NCBI RefSeq assembly: GCF_001457595.1
Contig: NZ_LN831039.1
Span: forward strand, 2,730,001-2,762,000
Direction: 5' to 3'
DNA: 32,000 nucleotides
DNA from: Mycolicibacterium smegmatis
GTDB taxonomy: Bacteria; Actinomycetota; Actinomycetes; Mycobacteriales; Mycobacteriaceae
The first letter of the stretch is position 1; each line of letters opens with the position of its first letter. Shown here piece by piece: positions 1 through 10,498 of this stretch. The position numbers and the translations under genes are program-made. Below the pieces are notes generated by a model that saw nothing but the letters and a program-made list of their open reading frames with translations, was not told where the DNA came from and did not search any database.

Positions 1-2
1 CC

Positions 3-392
3 ACCAAGATCGGTGCGCTCGTGGAGGCCATCGGTGGCGGCGAGCGGGACAAGGAGACCCCCATCAGCGTCGTGGGGGCCAGCATCATCGGCGGTGAGAC
101 CGTCGACGCCGGGCTGTGGGTTGCGTTCTGGTTCTTCCTGGCGCAGCTGAACTTCGTGCTCGGCGCCATCAACCTGGTGCCGCTGCTGCCGTTCGACGGC
201 GGCCACATCGCGGTGGCCACCTACGAGAAGATCCGCAACATGATCCGTTCCGCGCGCGGCATGGTCGCCGCGGGGCCGGTCAACTACCTCAAGCTCATGC
301 CCGCCACGTACGTGGTGCTCGCGGTGGTGGCCGGCTACATGCTGCTGACGGTGACCGCGGATCTGGTCAACCCACTGAGCATCTTCCAATAG
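3..392 (+). CDS. rip1: C-terminal part of intramembrane site-2 zinc metalloprotease (Rip1/RseP family), truncated at window start
   Basis: Open frame from window edge ([12 protein letters not shown]...) with the M50 C-terminal motif [22 protein letters not shown]; directly upstream of ispG as in mycobacteria. Confidence 0.93.
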   Translation, partial: TKIGALVEAIGGGERDKETPISVVGASIIGGETVDAGLWVAFWFFLAQLNFVLGAINLVPLLPFDGGHIAVATYEKIRNMIRSARGMVAAGPVNYLKLMPATYVVLAVVAGYMLLTVTADLVNPLSIFQ

Positions 393-408
393 TTTTCGAG
401 GAGACACT

Positions 409-1575
409 GTGACATCCATCGGTCTGGGTATGCCGGCACCTCCGGCGCCCACGCTTGCGCCGCGGCGCAAGACCCGTCAGCTCAATGTGGGCGGCGTCGG
501 CATCGGCAGCGAGCACCCGATCGCGGTGCAGTCCATGTGCACCACCAAGACCCACGACGTCAACTCCACACTGCAGCAGATCGCCGAGCTGACCGCGTCG
601 GGCTGTGACATCGTGCGTGTGGCGTGCCCGCGTCAGGAGGACGCCGACGCGCTGGCCGAGATCGCGCGGCACAGCCAGATCCCGGTGATCGCCGACATCC
701 ACTTCCAGCCCAAGTACATCTTCGCCGCGATCGACGCGGGCTGTGCGGCGGTGCGCGTCAACCCCGGCAACATCAAGGAGTTCGACGGCCGGGTCAAAGA
801 GGTCGCCAAGGCCGCCGGGGATGCGGGCATCCCGATCCGCATCGGCGTCAACGCGGGTTCGCTCGACAAGCGGTTCCTGGAGAAGTACGGCAAGGCCACA
901 CCCGAGGCGCTCGTCGAGTCGGCACTGTGGGAGGCGTCGTTGTTCGAGGAACACGGCTTCGGCGACATCAAGATCAGCGTCAAGCACAACGACCCGGTGA
1001 TCATGGTCGCGGCCTACGAGCAGCTCGCCGCGCAGTGCGACTATCCGCTGCACCTCGGCGTCACCGAGGCGGGCCCGGCGTTCCAGGGCACCATCAAGTC
1101 GGCGGTCGCGTTCGGGGCGTTGCTGAGCAAGGGCATCGGCGACACCATCCGCGTCTCGCTGTCGGCGCCGCCGGCCGAAGAGGTCAAGGTCGGCAACCAG
1201 ATCCTGGAGTCGCTGAACCTGCGGCCGCGCGGGCTGGAGATCGTGTCGTGCCCGTCGTGCGGACGCGCCCAGGTGGACGTCTACACACTGGCCAACGCCG
1301 TCACCGCGGGCCTCGACGGTCTCGACGTGCCGCTGCGGGTCGCGGTGATGGGCTGCGTGGTCAACGGACCCGGCGAGGCGCGCGAGGCCGACCTCGGTGT
1401 GGCCTCCGGCAACGGCAAGGGCCAGATCTTCGTCAAGGGCGAGGTCATCAAGACCGTGCCCGAGGCCCAGATCGTGGAAACGCTCATCGAAGAGGCCATG
1501 CGGCTCGCCGAGGAAATCGGCACGGCGCGAGGTTCAGATGATGCGAGCGGTTCGCCCGTGGTGACCGTAAGCTGA
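409..1575 (+). CDS. ispG: 4-hydroxy-3-methylbut-2-en-1-yl diphosphate synthase (flavodoxin), MEP pathway
   Basis: 388 aa, GTG start with GAG-rich RBS; motifs [52 protein letters not shown]. Confidence 0.98.
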   Translation: MTSIGLGMPAPPAPTLAPRRKTRQLNVGGVGIGSEHPIAVQSMCTTKTHDVNSTLQQIAELTASGCDIVRVACPRQEDADALAEIARHSQIPVIADIHFQPKYIFAAIDAGCAAVRVNPGNIKEFDGRVKEVAKAAGDAGIPIRIGVNAGSLDKRFLEKYGKATPEALVESALWEASLFEEHGFGDIKISVKHNDPVIMVAAYEQLAAQCDYPLHLGVTEAGPAFQGTIKSAVAFGALLSKGIGDTIRVSLSAPPAEEVKVGNQILESLNLRPRGLEIVSCPSCGRAQVDVYTLANAVTAGLDGLDVPLRVAVMGCVVNGPGEAREADLGVASGNGKGQIFVKGEVIKTVPEAQIVETLIEEAMRLAEEIGTARGSDDASGSPVVTVS

Positions 1576-1631
1576 TTGCTGACCCTGTGAGCCGGGTCAC
1601 CACACCCTCGGGTTGAGCAGAGAGAGTCTCG

Positions 1632-2486
1632 ATGTCGGCGCCACCCCTATTCCGCCTGGTCGATGAGCGACGGGTGTCCGTGGTGCGCGACACCGCGGCG
1701 GTGATGCGTGTCCTGGACGAGGATCCGGTCGCCGGATGCATGGTGGCCGCCAGGGTTGCCGAGTTCGGCGCCGAACCCGGGGCCATCGGCGGCGAGCTGT
1801 GGACGCGCCGCAAGCCCAGCGAATCGCTGTGTTACGCCGGGCCCAACATGATTCCGCTGCGCGGCAGCCTCGACGATCTGAAAGCCTTCTCCGACAAGGC
1901 CATGAGCATGGCGCGACGGTGCTCGTCCCTGGTCGGGCGGGCCGAGTTGGTGCTGCCGATGTGGGAGCGCCTCCAGTCGTTGTGGGGACCCGCGCGCGAC
2001 GTGCGGGCCCAGCAGCCGTTGATGGCGCTGAACTCCATGCCGCAGTGCGCTATCGACCCTGCCGTACGTCCCGTGCGGATGGAGGAGATCGACGCCTACC
2101 TGGTGGCGGCCGTCGACATGTTCATCGGCGAGGTCGGTGTGGACCCGCGCATCGGTGACGGCGGACGCGGCTACCGGCGGCGCATCGCGAGCCTGATCGC
2201 CACGGGGCGCGCATGGGCGCGGTTCGAACGCGGCGAGGTGGTGTTCAAGGCCGAGGTCGGGTCGCAGTCACCCGCGGTCGGTCAGATCCAGGGCGTGTGG
2301 GTGCACCCCGAACGGCGCGGACACGGCCTCGGCACGGCGGGCACGGCGGCGCTCGCGGCCGCTGTGGTGGCGGGCGGACGCACCGCGAGCCTCTACGTCA
2401 ACGACTACAACACCGTGGCGCGGGCCACCTACGCGCGCATCGGTTTCGAACAGGTCGGCACCTTCGCCACCGTGCTGCTGGACTGA
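1632..2486 (+). CDS. GNAT-family N-acetyltransferase with N-terminal DUF4081-like domain (Rv2867c-like)
   Basis: 284 aa; C-terminal GNAT motif A GQIQGVWVHPERRGHGLGTAGTAALAAAVV; position after ispG. Confidence 0.88.
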   Translation: MSAPPLFRLVDERRVSVVRDTAAVMRVLDEDPVAGCMVAARVAEFGAEPGAIGGELWTRRKPSESLCYAGPNMIPLRGSLDDLKAFSDKAMSMARRCSSLVGRAELVLPMWERLQSLWGPARDVRAQQPLMALNSMPQCAIDPAVRPVRMEEIDAYLVAAVDMFIGEVGVDPRIGDGGRGYRRRIASLIATGRAWARFERGEVVFKAEVGSQSPAVGQIQGVWVHPERRGHGLGTAGTAALAAAVVAGGRTASLYVNDYNTVARATYARIGFEQVGTFATVLLD

Positions 2487-2497
2487 CGCCCGCGTAC

Positions 2498-3037
2498 TCA
2501 CCCCAGCTGCGCGGCGTGGTGCAGGACCTCGTCGACCGACCACTGGTCATCCGCATGGCGGCCGTACTTGGCGGCGGCCACCGTGCCGTCAGGCGCGATG
2601 AGGAAGTCCGCGGGCAGGCCGAGTCGCCCGCCTGGCTGACGCAGCGACGGGGTACGGAACCGGCCTGCCGTGGTCAACGCGACGCCGCGAACGATCGAGG
2701 GCCAGCTGCGGGGATCGAGCAGGGCACGGGCGCCCTGCTCGACGCCGAATCTGCGGTAGACGACCTTGTCCGGATCGCCCACCGTCGCGAACGGCAGATC
2801 GGCTGTGTGACGGGCCAGTTCGTCGGCAGGGGAATGGAAGAACACGACCTCACGGATCGACGCGCGTTCCAGCTCGTCGTGGCGCGCCACGAACGACCTC
2901 AGGTGCAGATTGCAGATGGGGCAGCCGGCGAACCGGCGGAACTGTAGGTGCACCAGTCGGTCCGGATCCGGAACTCGTACCAGTTTGCCTGTGACGCTGT
3001 GGAATTCACTTGCGTTGATGGTGGTGGGCGGGGCCAT
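2498..3037 (-). CDS. Peroxiredoxin-like / AhpC-TSA_2-type redoxin with CPIC motif
   Basis: RRFAGCPICNLHLRSF active-site-like CxxC; C-terminal GLPADFLIAPDGTVAAAKYGRHADDQWSVDEVL. ATG at 3037 is preceded by AAGGAG on the minus strand, which favours it over the upstream ORF start at 3079. Confidence 0.82.
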   Translation of the reverse strand: MAPPTTINASEFHSVTGKLVRVPDPDRLVHLQFRRFAGCPICNLHLRSFVARHDELERASIREVVFFHSPADELARHTADLPFATVGDPDKVVYRRFGVEQGARALLDPRSWPSIVRGVALTTAGRFRTPSLRQPGGRLGLPADFLIAPDGTVAAAKYGRHADDQWSVDEVLHHAAQLG

Positions 3038-3102
3038 GGCAACTCCTTGTGAAACGCCGGCGTGCACGTTGGCGTGCACCGTACGCTAACGCGAACGCTA
3101 TG

Positions 3103-3117
3103 GCGTACGGCGTACGC
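3103..3117. promoter_or_regulatory. Perfect inverted repeat GCGTACG-G-CGTACGC, candidate TetR operator
   Basis: 7-1-7 perfect dyad in the redoxin/TetR divergent intergenic region, with additional GTACGCT/GAACGCT copies at 3081-3087 and 3093-3099. Confidence 0.6.
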
Positions 3118-3127
3118 TGTCAACGTC

Positions 3128-3736
3128 ATGCCACGCCAACGCTCACTGACCCGCCCGCAGATCGCGGCCGCCGCGCTCGAGGTCGTCGACACCGACGGCC
3201 TCGGATCGCTGTCGATGCGCACGGTGGCGCGCAGGCTCGGGATGGGCACCATGTCGCTGTACCGCTATGTCGCCGACCGTGACGAACTCGAGGCGATGGT
3301 GGTCGAGCTGGTGCTCGAATCCGTCGACCTGCGGCCGCCTGCCGGCTCGGCGCGCCACCGGATCCTGGTGCTCGCCGAGCGGGTCCGCGACGCCACGGCC
3401 CGGCACCCCGCCGTCGTGCCGTTGCTGCTGGCCCACCGCCATCGCCTGCCGGCGTCGCTGCGGTGGGGCGAGGCAGTGCTCGGGGTGCTCGCCGAGGCTG
3501 GCTACGCAGGCAAGCGGCGCGTGTACGCGTTCCGTGCCCTGCTCGCCTGTACCTTCGGCGCCCTGGAGATCCAGCACCACAGCGCGCTGAGCGGCCCGGG
3601 CACCCGGGCCCTCGCCGAACTCCCCGCCGACGAGTTTCCCAGGTTGTCGGAGACCGCTGCCGCCGCGCGGGGGATCGGTGCGGGTGACGAGTTCCGGCAC
3701 GGCCTGGAGATCCTGCTGCGGGGCCTCCAGATCTGA
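3128..3736 (+). CDS. TetR/AcrR-family transcriptional regulator
   Basis: N-terminal HTH SMRTVARRLGMGTMSLYRYVADRDELEAMV; C-terminal region TetR_C-like; divergent from redoxin gene. ATG at 3128 chosen because the protein N-terminus MPRQRSLTRPQI aligns to the start of the HTH domain. Confidence 0.9.
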   Translation: MPRQRSLTRPQIAAAALEVVDTDGLGSLSMRTVARRLGMGTMSLYRYVADRDELEAMVVELVLESVDLRPPAGSARHRILVLAERVRDATARHPAVVPLLLAHRHRLPASLRWGEAVLGVLAEAGYAGKRRVYAFRALLACTFGALEIQHHSALSGPGTRALAELPADEFPRLSETAAAARGIGAGDEFRHGLEILLRGLQI

Positions 3737-3872
3737 CCGCCGCTCTGAGCGCAATTCCGGCCGGCGGTTCGATCGAATCCCGGCAGGTCACCGGACAAGA
3801 TCTCCGGCGTCTCGATTCGGTATCGGTGCGCCTCCGGAAAAACCACCCGCAACGTTCTTACCATCAGTCTCA

Positions 3873-5693
3873 ATGGCAACTCGAACATCACCAGTCACAC
3901 GGACCGCCGGTCTGCTCGCCGTCATCGGTGTGCTGGCGGCCTCGGCGCTGAGCGGTTGCACGCCGCGCCCCAACGGACCCGAACCGGCCGCCGAGATGTT
4001 CTTCGCGGCGCTCGCGACCGGCGACATCGCCGCGGCCGCCGAACTGTCCGATCGCCCCGACGAGGCCAAGACCGCGCTCAACGAGGCGTGGAACGGCCTG
4101 CAGGCGTTGCGCCTCGACGCGCAGATCCTCGGATCGAAGTACTCCGAGGACACCGGCAGCGTGGCCTACCGCTACACATGGCATCTGCCCAAGAACCGCA
4201 CGTGGACCTATGACGGCCAGCTCAACATGGTGCGCGACGAGGGCCGCTGGGAGGTGCGTTGGAGCGCAACCGGATTGCATCCGCGACTCGGTGAGCACCA
4301 GACCTTCGCACTGCGCGCCGACGCGCCGCGGCGGGCGTCGGTGAACGAGCGCGGCGGCACCGACGTTCTGGTGCCGGGGCAGATCTACCACTACGCGCTC
4401 GACGCGAAGGCCGCGGGCGCGGGACTCATGACGGCGGCACGCGCGGTGGCCGATGCGCTGCGCCCGTTCGATCCGGGTCTGGACCCGCAGCGGTTGGCCG
4501 AACAGGCGAGTTCCTCGGCGCAGCCCCTGAGCCTCATCACGCTCAAGCAGGCCGACCACGACCGCGTGGCGCCCGCGATCGCCGGCCTCGCCGGTGTCGT
4601 CGTCACGCCGCAGGCCGAATTGCTGCCCACCGACGAGACTTTCGCGCCGGCGATCGTCAACGAGGTCAAGAAGGCGGTGATCGACGACCTCGACGGTCAA
4701 CCGGGGTGGCGGGTGGTCACGGTCAACCAGAACGGCGTCGACGTCGACGTGCTCAACGAGGTGCCGGGACAGCCCGCGCCGTCGGTGACCATCAGTCTCG
4801 ACCGCGCGGTGCAGAACGCGGCGCAGAACGCGGTCAACACCACCGGCAAGCAGGCGATGATCGTGGCCATCAAGCCGTCCACGGGCGAGATCCTGGCGGT
4901 CGCGCAGAATGCTGCGGCCGACACCGGTGGACCGCTTGCGACGATGGGTCTGTACCCGCCCGGTTCGACGTTCAAGATCGTCACCGCGGGCGCTGCCATC
5001 GAACGCGACATGGCCACGCCCAACACGCTGCTGGGCTGCCCGGGCAAGCTCGACATCGGGCACCGCACCGTCCCCAACTACGGCGGTTTCGATCTCGGCG
5101 TCGTGCCGATGTCGCGCGCATTCGCCAGTTCGTGCAACACGACTTTCGCCGAACTCGCCAGCCGGATGCCGCCGCGCGGGCTCACGCAGGCCGCGGCGCA
5201 GTACGGCCTCGGGCTCGACTACCAGGTCGAGGGACTGCCGACGGTCTCCGGATCGGTGCCGCCGACCGTCAACCTCGCCGAGCGCACCGAGGACGGTTTC
5301 GGGCAGGGCAAGGTGCTCGCGAGCCCGTTCGGCATGGCCATGGTCGCCGCGACCGTCGCGGCAGGACGTACCCCGGTGCCGCACCTCATCGAGGGCCGCG
5401 AAACCGTCGTCGACGGCGACGCGGGCCAGATCAGCCAGAAGGTGATCGACGGGCTGCGCCCGATGATGCAGCTCGTGGTCACCAACGGGACGGCCAAGGA
5501 CCTCAAGGGTGTCGGCGATGTGCGCGGCAAGACCGGTGAGGCCGAGTTCGCCGGCGGATCGCATTCCTGGTTCGCGGGCTACCGCGGCGATCTGGCATTC
5601 GCCGCGCTGATCGTCGGCGGCGGCAGCTCGGAGTATGCGGTCCGCATGTGCAAGGCCATGTTCGACAGCATGCCCGCGGACTACCTCGTCTGA
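3873..5693 (+). CDS. Penicillin-binding lipoprotein (NTF2-like N-domain + transpeptidase; Rv2864c-like)
   Basis: Signal peptide with lipobox ASALSGC; SxxK (GSTFKI), SxN (SSCNT), KTG (RGKTGEAEF) transpeptidase motifs. Confidence 0.93.
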   Translation: MATRTSPVTRTAGLLAVIGVLAASALSGCTPRPNGPEPAAEMFFAALATGDIAAAAELSDRPDEAKTALNEAWNGLQALRLDAQILGSKYSEDTGSVAYRYTWHLPKNRTWTYDGQLNMVRDEGRWEVRWSATGLHPRLGEHQTFALRADAPRRASVNERGGTDVLVPGQIYHYALDAKAAGAGLMTAARAVADALRPFDPGLDPQRLAEQASSSAQPLSLITLKQADHDRVAPAIAGLAGVVVTPQAELLPTDETFAPAIVNEVKKAVIDDLDGQPGWRVVTVNQNGVDVDVLNEVPGQPAPSVTISLDRAVQNAAQNAVNTTGKQAMIVAIKPSTGEILAVAQNAAADTGGPLATMGLYPPGSTFKIVTAGAAIERDMATPNTLLGCPGKLDIGHRTVPNYGGFDLGVVPMSRAFASSCNTTFAELASRMPPRGLTQAAAQYGLGLDYQVEGLPTVSGSVPPTVNLAERTEDGFGQGKVLASPFGMAMVAATVAAGRTPVPHLIEGRETVVDGDAGQISQKVIDGLRPMMQLVVTNGTAKDLKGVGDVRGKTGEAEFAGGSHSWFAGYRGDLAFAALIVGGGSSEYAVRMCKAMFDSMPADYLV

Positions 5694-5742
5694 TCGCGTG
5701 TGATCTCGGCCGATGTGGCGGGGGCGGTAACCTGAAACCGCC

Positions 5743-6330
5743 ATGACGGGGACCAATGAGCAATCCGTGGACATGCGGGTGTCGGATGCCGACCGCAACG
5801 GGACATTGCGCCGGCTCCACAACGCCGTCGCGCTCGGGCTGATCGACATCGACGAGTTCGAGGAACGTTCGGCGCTGGTCTCTCAGGCCCGCCTGCACTC
5901 GGATCTGGCCGCGCTCGTGGGCGACCTGCCCGGACCGGGCGCCATCGTCACCTCGGCGGCCGACCGCGTCGAGTTGCGCGGTGTGCTCGGATCGCTCAAG
6001 CGCCAGGGGGAGTGGACGGTGCCGACGCGGCTCGCACTCGTGCGCCGCATGGGCTCGGTGGATCTGGACCTCACGCGCGCCCGGTTCGCGGGGCCCATCG
6101 TGGTGATCGAGATCGACATGAAGTTCGGCTCACTGGACATGCGGCTACCGGACGGTGCCAGCGCGTCGATCGACGACGTCGAGGTGATCGTCGGCAGTGC
6201 CACCGACCGCCGTCGCGACGCGCCCGCGGACGGGACGCCGCACGTGATCCTCACCGGCCGCGTCGTGTGCGGCTCGGTGGAGATCCGCGGCCCGCGCAAA
6301 GGCCTGTTCGGCCGGACCAAGACCCTCTAG
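5743..6330 (+). CDS. DUF1707 domain protein with C-terminal LiaF-like/DUF2154-type beta domain
   Basis: N-terminal [39 protein letters not shown] is a typical DUF1707 motif; C-terminal SVEIRGPRK. Confidence 0.85.
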   Translation: MTGTNEQSVDMRVSDADRNGTLRRLHNAVALGLIDIDEFEERSALVSQARLHSDLAALVGDLPGPGAIVTSAADRVELRGVLGSLKRQGEWTVPTRLALVRRMGSVDLDLTRARFAGPIVVIEIDMKFGSLDMRLPDGASASIDDVEVIVGSATDRRRDAPADGTPHVILTGRVVCGSVEIRGPRKGLFGRTKTL

Positions 6331-6349
6331 CAAGACCTTCTGGCAGGCG

Positions 6350-6736
6350 CTATCGCGGGTCGAGAACCGCGAAACTCAGCGTCGCGCGTGCCGCCAGCCG
6401 GTCACGTCCGGCGTCGGTGACGTCCACCGCGGTGACGATGAGCCGCCGTCCCGCGCGGACCACGGTGGCGACGGCGCGCGCGGGTCCCGTCACGATCGGC
6501 GCCACGAAATGGACGTTCATGTCCGCGGTGGTCACATCCTGGCCGGGGCCCACCAGGCGACCCGCGAGGCGGCCCGCCGCGATGTCGATCAGGGTGGCCA
6601 CCAGCCCGCCCTGCAGGGCGCCACGGATGTTGGTGAGTTCAGGGCGGTTGTCCATCTCGATGACCATCCGCTCGTCGGTCTCTTCGACATCGCGCATACC
6701 CAGCTGATGGAGCACGTGCGTGGGCTCGGTGAGCAT
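6350..6736 (-). CDS. PaaI-type hotdog-fold thioesterase
   Basis: [56 protein letters not shown] hotdog motifs. Confidence 0.85.
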   Translation of the reverse strand: MLTEPTHVLHQLGMRDVEETDERMVIEMDNRPELTNIRGALQGGLVATLIDIAAGRLAGRLVGPGQDVTTADMNVHFVAPIVTGPARAVATVVRAGRRLIVTAVDVTDAGRDRLAARATLSFAVLDPR

Positions 6737-6850
6737 GGCGTCACGTTACACCATTCTCAGATTCGGAGAGTCGCGTTCTCGCCGGTCGCCCACTGTGGCG
6801 GACGTCGCCGGATGCAGGTCGCAGGCCCAATTGTCGGTACCCTGACCGTT

Positions 6851-7708
6851 ATGTCCGTTCGTAGTGCCCTGCGCCCCGGCGTGCTCTCACCCACCCTTCC
6901 GGTGCCCAAATCGATCCCGCGTCCCGAGTACGCGTGGAAGCCGACGGTGCAGGAAGGCAGCGAACCGTGGGTGCAGACGCCCGAGGTCATCGAGAAGATG
7001 CGCGTGGCGGGCCGCATCGCGGCAGGCGCCCTGGCCGAGGCGGGCAGGGCCGTCGCCCCCGGTGTGACGACCGACGAACTCGACCGCATCGCGCACGAGT
7101 ACATGATCGACCACGGTGCGTACCCGTCGACGTTGGGCTACAAGGGCTTTCCGAAATCCTGCTGCACGTCGCTGAACGAGATCATCTGCCACGGCATCCC
7201 GGACTCGACCGTGATCGAGGACGGTGACATCGTCAACATCGACGTCACGGCCTACATCGACGGTGTGCACGGCGACACCAACGCCACGTTCCTCGCGGGC
7301 GACGTCTCCGAGGAGCACCGTCTGCTCGTCGAGCGCACGCACGAGGCCACCATGCGCGCCATCAAGGCCGTCAAGCCCGGGCGCGCGCTGTCGGTGGTCG
7401 GCCGGGTGATCGAGGCGTACGCGAACCGGTTCGGCTACAACGTCGTTCGTGACTTCACCGGTCACGGCATCGGCACCACGTTCCACAACGGCCTGGTGGT
7501 GCTGCACTACGACCAGCCCGCGGTCGAGACCGTGCTCGAGCCCGGCATGACGTTCACCATCGAGCCCATGATCAACCTCGGCACGCTCGACTACGAGATC
7601 TGGGACGACGGCTGGACCGTGGCCACCACCGACGGCAAGTGGACCGCGCAGTTCGAGCACACCCTCGTGGTCACCGAGGACGGCGCCGAGATCCTCACCC
7701 AGTTGTGA
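6851..7708 (+). CDS. map: Type I methionine aminopeptidase (285 aa, MapB-like)
   Basis: [68 protein letters not shown] metal-ligand motifs; ATG at 6851. Confidence 0.96.
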   Translation: MSVRSALRPGVLSPTLPVPKSIPRPEYAWKPTVQEGSEPWVQTPEVIEKMRVAGRIAAGALAEAGRAVAPGVTTDELDRIAHEYMIDHGAYPSTLGYKGFPKSCCTSLNEIICHGIPDSTVIEDGDIVNIDVTAYIDGVHGDTNATFLAGDVSEEHRLLVERTHEATMRAIKAVKPGRALSVVGRVIEAYANRFGYNVVRDFTGHGIGTTFHNGLVVLHYDQPAVETVLEPGMTFTIEPMINLGTLDYEIWDDGWTVATTDGKWTAQFEHTLVVTEDGAEILTQL

Positions 7709-9195
7709 CCGGCGGGGCCCTGCTGGTCGCGGGCACCACGTCCGACGCGGGCAAGTCGATGCTGGTCGGCGGGCTGTGCCGGCTGCTGGTACGCAAAGGC
7801 CTTTCGGTGGCGCCCTTCAAGGCGCAGAACATGTCGAACAACTCGGCGGTGACCGTCGAGGGTGGTGAGATCGGCCGCGCCCAGGCCATGCAGGCGCGCG
7901 CCGCGGGCCTGGCTCCCAGCGTGCGGTTCAACCCGATCCTGCTCAAGCCCGGCGGCGACCGCACGTCGCAACTCGTGGTACGCGGCCAGGTCACCGGTTC
8001 GGTGGCCGCCGCCGACTACATCAACCACCGCGACCACCTCGCGGCCGTCGTGGCCGACGAATTGTCCTCGCTGCGAGAAGATTTCGACGCCGTCATCTGC
8101 GAGGGCGCGGGTTCGCCCGCCGAGATCAACCTGCGCGCGACCGACCTGGCCAACCTGGGACTCGCACGCGCGGCCGCACTGCCGGTGATCGTCGTCGGCG
8201 ACATCGACCGCGGTGGTCTGCTGGCCCACCTGCACGGCACGGTCGCGGTGCTGGAGCCCGCCGATCAGGCGCTTGTCTCCGGGTTCGTCGTCAACAAGTT
8301 CCGCGGCGACCCGTCGCTGCTGGCACCCGGGCTGCGGCAACTCGCCGAACTCACCGGCCGACCGACCTACGGCGTGATCCCGTTCCACGACGAGATCTGG
8401 CTGGACACCGAGGATTCGGTGTCGGTGCGGCCCGGCGGGCTGGTCGGCGCGCCCGAGCCGCCGCGCGGTGAACAGACGCTGACCGTCGCGGCGATCCGGT
8501 TACCGCGCATCTCCAACTCGACCGACATCGAGGCGCTGGCGTGCGAACCGGGCGTGGTGGTCCGCTGGGTCACCGACGCGGCCGACCTCACCGGCGCCGA
8601 TCTCGTGGTGATCCCGGGCAGCAAGGCCACGGTCACCGATCTGCGGTGGCTGCGTGAGCGCGGGCTCGCCGCGGGCATCGCCGCGCACGCGGCGGCCGGA
8701 CGCGCCGTGCTCGGTGTGTGCGGCGGGTTCCAGATGCTGTGCAGCCGGATCGACGATCCGGTGGAGTCACGGGAGGGCCGGGTCGATGGCCTGGGCCTGC
8801 TCGACGCCGACATCGAGTTCGCCGCACAGAAGACATTGCGGCACTGGGAAACCCCGCTGCACGGCTACGAGATCCACCACGGCCAGGTGGCCCGTTCGGC
8901 CGAGACGGACTGGCTCGGGATCGGGCTGCGGCGCGGTGCGGTGTACGGCACCCACTGGCACGGACTGCTCGACAACGACGCGCTGCGGCGCGACTGGCTC
9001 ACCGAGGTCGCCGCAGCTGCGGGCCGCGACGGGTTCGTCGTCGCCGACGACGTCGACGTCTCCGCGCGCCGCGACGCACAACTGGATCTCATGGCCGACC
9101 TGATCGAAAACCACCTCGACGTGGGAGCGATCCTCGACCTGCTCGAACACGGCGCACCGCACCGGCCGACCATGTCCACCACACTTCACGTGTGA
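7705..9195 (+). CDS. cobQ: Cobyric acid synthase (adenosylcobyrinate a,c-diamide amidotransferase)
   Basis: GTG start overlaps map stop (GTGA); [53 protein letters not shown] motifs. Confidence 0.96.
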   Translation: MTGGALLVAGTTSDAGKSMLVGGLCRLLVRKGLSVAPFKAQNMSNNSAVTVEGGEIGRAQAMQARAAGLAPSVRFNPILLKPGGDRTSQLVVRGQVTGSVAAADYINHRDHLAAVVADELSSLREDFDAVICEGAGSPAEINLRATDLANLGLARAAALPVIVVGDIDRGGLLAHLHGTVAVLEPADQALVSGFVVNKFRGDPSLLAPGLRQLAELTGRPTYGVIPFHDEIWLDTEDSVSVRPGGLVGAPEPPRGEQTLTVAAIRLPRISNSTDIEALACEPGVVVRWVTDAADLTGADLVVIPGSKATVTDLRWLRERGLAAGIAAHAAAGRAVLGVCGGFQMLCSRIDDPVESREGRVDGLGLLDADIEFAAQKTLRHWETPLHGYEIHHGQVARSAETDWLGIGLRRGAVYGTHWHGLLDNDALRRDWLTEVAAAAGRDGFVVADDVDVSARRDAQLDLMADLIENHLDVGAILDLLEHGAPHRPTMSTTLHV

Positions 9196-9198
9196 ATC

Positions 9199-9630
9199 TC
9201 AAGGGTGCATGCGGGCGCCCTTGAGCACCTTGTCGACCACGTTGCGGCCCGCGTACACCGCCAGGCCCACCAGATCGAGATCGTCGCGGCCCACCGCGCG
9301 CACCGCGGCACGGTTGTCGCGGTCGTTACCCGTGCTGAACAACTCGGCGGTGAAGATCGACGGCGACAACCCGCGCGACAGCGCACGGTGGTGTGCGTTG
9401 TGCAGGGTCTCCTTCGACCCTTCGAACACCAGCACCGGTTGGCCGAACATCGCGAGGTAGCCGGTGTCGTCGGCATCGGCATAGGGCGCACCGATCGTGT
9501 CCGGGTGGGCCGCCGCGATACCGCTTGCGAGAAACGCGCACACGTTCAACCGCTGCCAGCCCTCGAGGTCGTCCCGCAGGAGTACCGCGATCTTGGTGTC
9601 GAAACGCACGGGGGAGTCGGGGTGTTGCAT
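9199..9630 (-). CDS. DUF2000 family protein
   Basis: 143 aa: RFDTKIAVLLRDDLEGWQRLNVCAFLASGIA...GRDDLDLVGLAVYAGRNVVDKVLKG resembles DUF2000 (Pth2-like fold). Confidence 0.75.
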   Translation of the reverse strand: MQHPDSPVRFDTKIAVLLRDDLEGWQRLNVCAFLASGIAAAHPDTIGAPYADADDTGYLAMFGQPVLVFEGSKETLHNAHHRALSRGLSPSIFTAELFSTGNDRDNRAAVRAVGRDDLDLVGLAVYAGRNVVDKVLKGARMHP

Positions 9631-9679
9631 GCACCCATGCTGCGGGCGCGCGGTGGCCGGAATCTTGTACGTTCTTGAT

Positions 9680-10489
9680 GTGGTTGCAACCGCGGAGACC
9701 ACCGCGTGGCGGCCGCACGTGGCGGGGATCAGAGAGGTCTTCCACGCGCGGTTCATCGACCACGCCTACCCGCAACACACACACGACGCGTGGACGTTGC
9801 TCATCGTCGACACCGGCATCATCGGGTACGAACTCGACCGGCGCGAGCACGGCAGCACCGGGGACGTGGTGACGCTCTTGCCGCCGCATGTGCCGCACAA
9901 CGGACGCGCGGTCCGTCCCGGCGGCTTCCGCAAACGCGTGCTCTACCTCGAACCCGATCTGCTCACGGGAATCGGTGCGGCCGTGGGCACCCCGACCCTG
10001 GCCGATCCGGCGCTGCGCAACCGCATCTCCGGCCTGCACCGGGCCTTGGGGCCCGGCGACGAGTTCGAGGCGTCCAGCCGGCTGGCATTCGTCGTCGAAC
10101 GTCTCCAACAACATCTGGCCGGTGCGGTCGCACCGCCGGCGCCGGTGCGTGACCGGCGTCTGGCATCACGGCTGCGCGAACTCATCGACAGCCGGATCAC
10201 GACGGGCCTGACCCTCGACGAGGCCGGTGACATCCTGCACGCCGATCCGGTGCACCTGGTGCGCACCTTCGGCCGTGAGTTCGGGCTGCCGCCGCACCGG
10301 TACCTCACGGGCCGCAGGGTGGACGAGGCCCGCCGTTTGCTCCTGGACGGCATGCGCCCGGCCGACGTCGCGGCAGCGGTCGGCTTCCACGACCAGTCAC
10401 ACCTGCACCGGCACTTCAGGAAGATGCTGGGCACCACACCTGCGCGCTTCGCGCGCCGCGGCCGGACCGAGTCGGGCGATTCTCGGTAG
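9680..10489 (+). CDS. AraC-family transcriptional regulator (cupin sensor + HTH_18)
   Basis: N-terminal HTHDAWTLLIVDTGIIGYELDRREHG...VTLLPPHVPHNGR cupin; C-terminal GLTLDEAGDILHADPVHLVRTFGREFGLPPHRYLTGRRVDEARRLLLDG and VGFHDQSHLHRHFRKMLGTTP. GTG at 9680 assumed. Confidence 0.93.
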   Translation: MVATAETTAWRPHVAGIREVFHARFIDHAYPQHTHDAWTLLIVDTGIIGYELDRREHGSTGDVVTLLPPHVPHNGRAVRPGGFRKRVLYLEPDLLTGIGAAVGTPTLADPALRNRISGLHRALGPGDEFEASSRLAFVVERLQQHLAGAVAPPAPVRDRRLASRLRELIDSRITTGLTLDEAGDILHADPVHLVRTFGREFGLPPHRYLTGRRVDEARRLLLDGMRPADVAAAVGFHDQSHLHRHFRKMLGTTPARFARRGRTESGDSR

Positions 10490-10498
10490 CCTGATGCC

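Noticed and set aside
3888-5849. 653-aa minus-strand ORF antisense to the PBP gene
   Set aside because: The composition is Arg/His/Asp/Gly-rich with no domain-like motif. It is the typical shadow frame of a high-GC gene, whereas the plus-strand gene has clear SxxK/SxN/KTG motifs.
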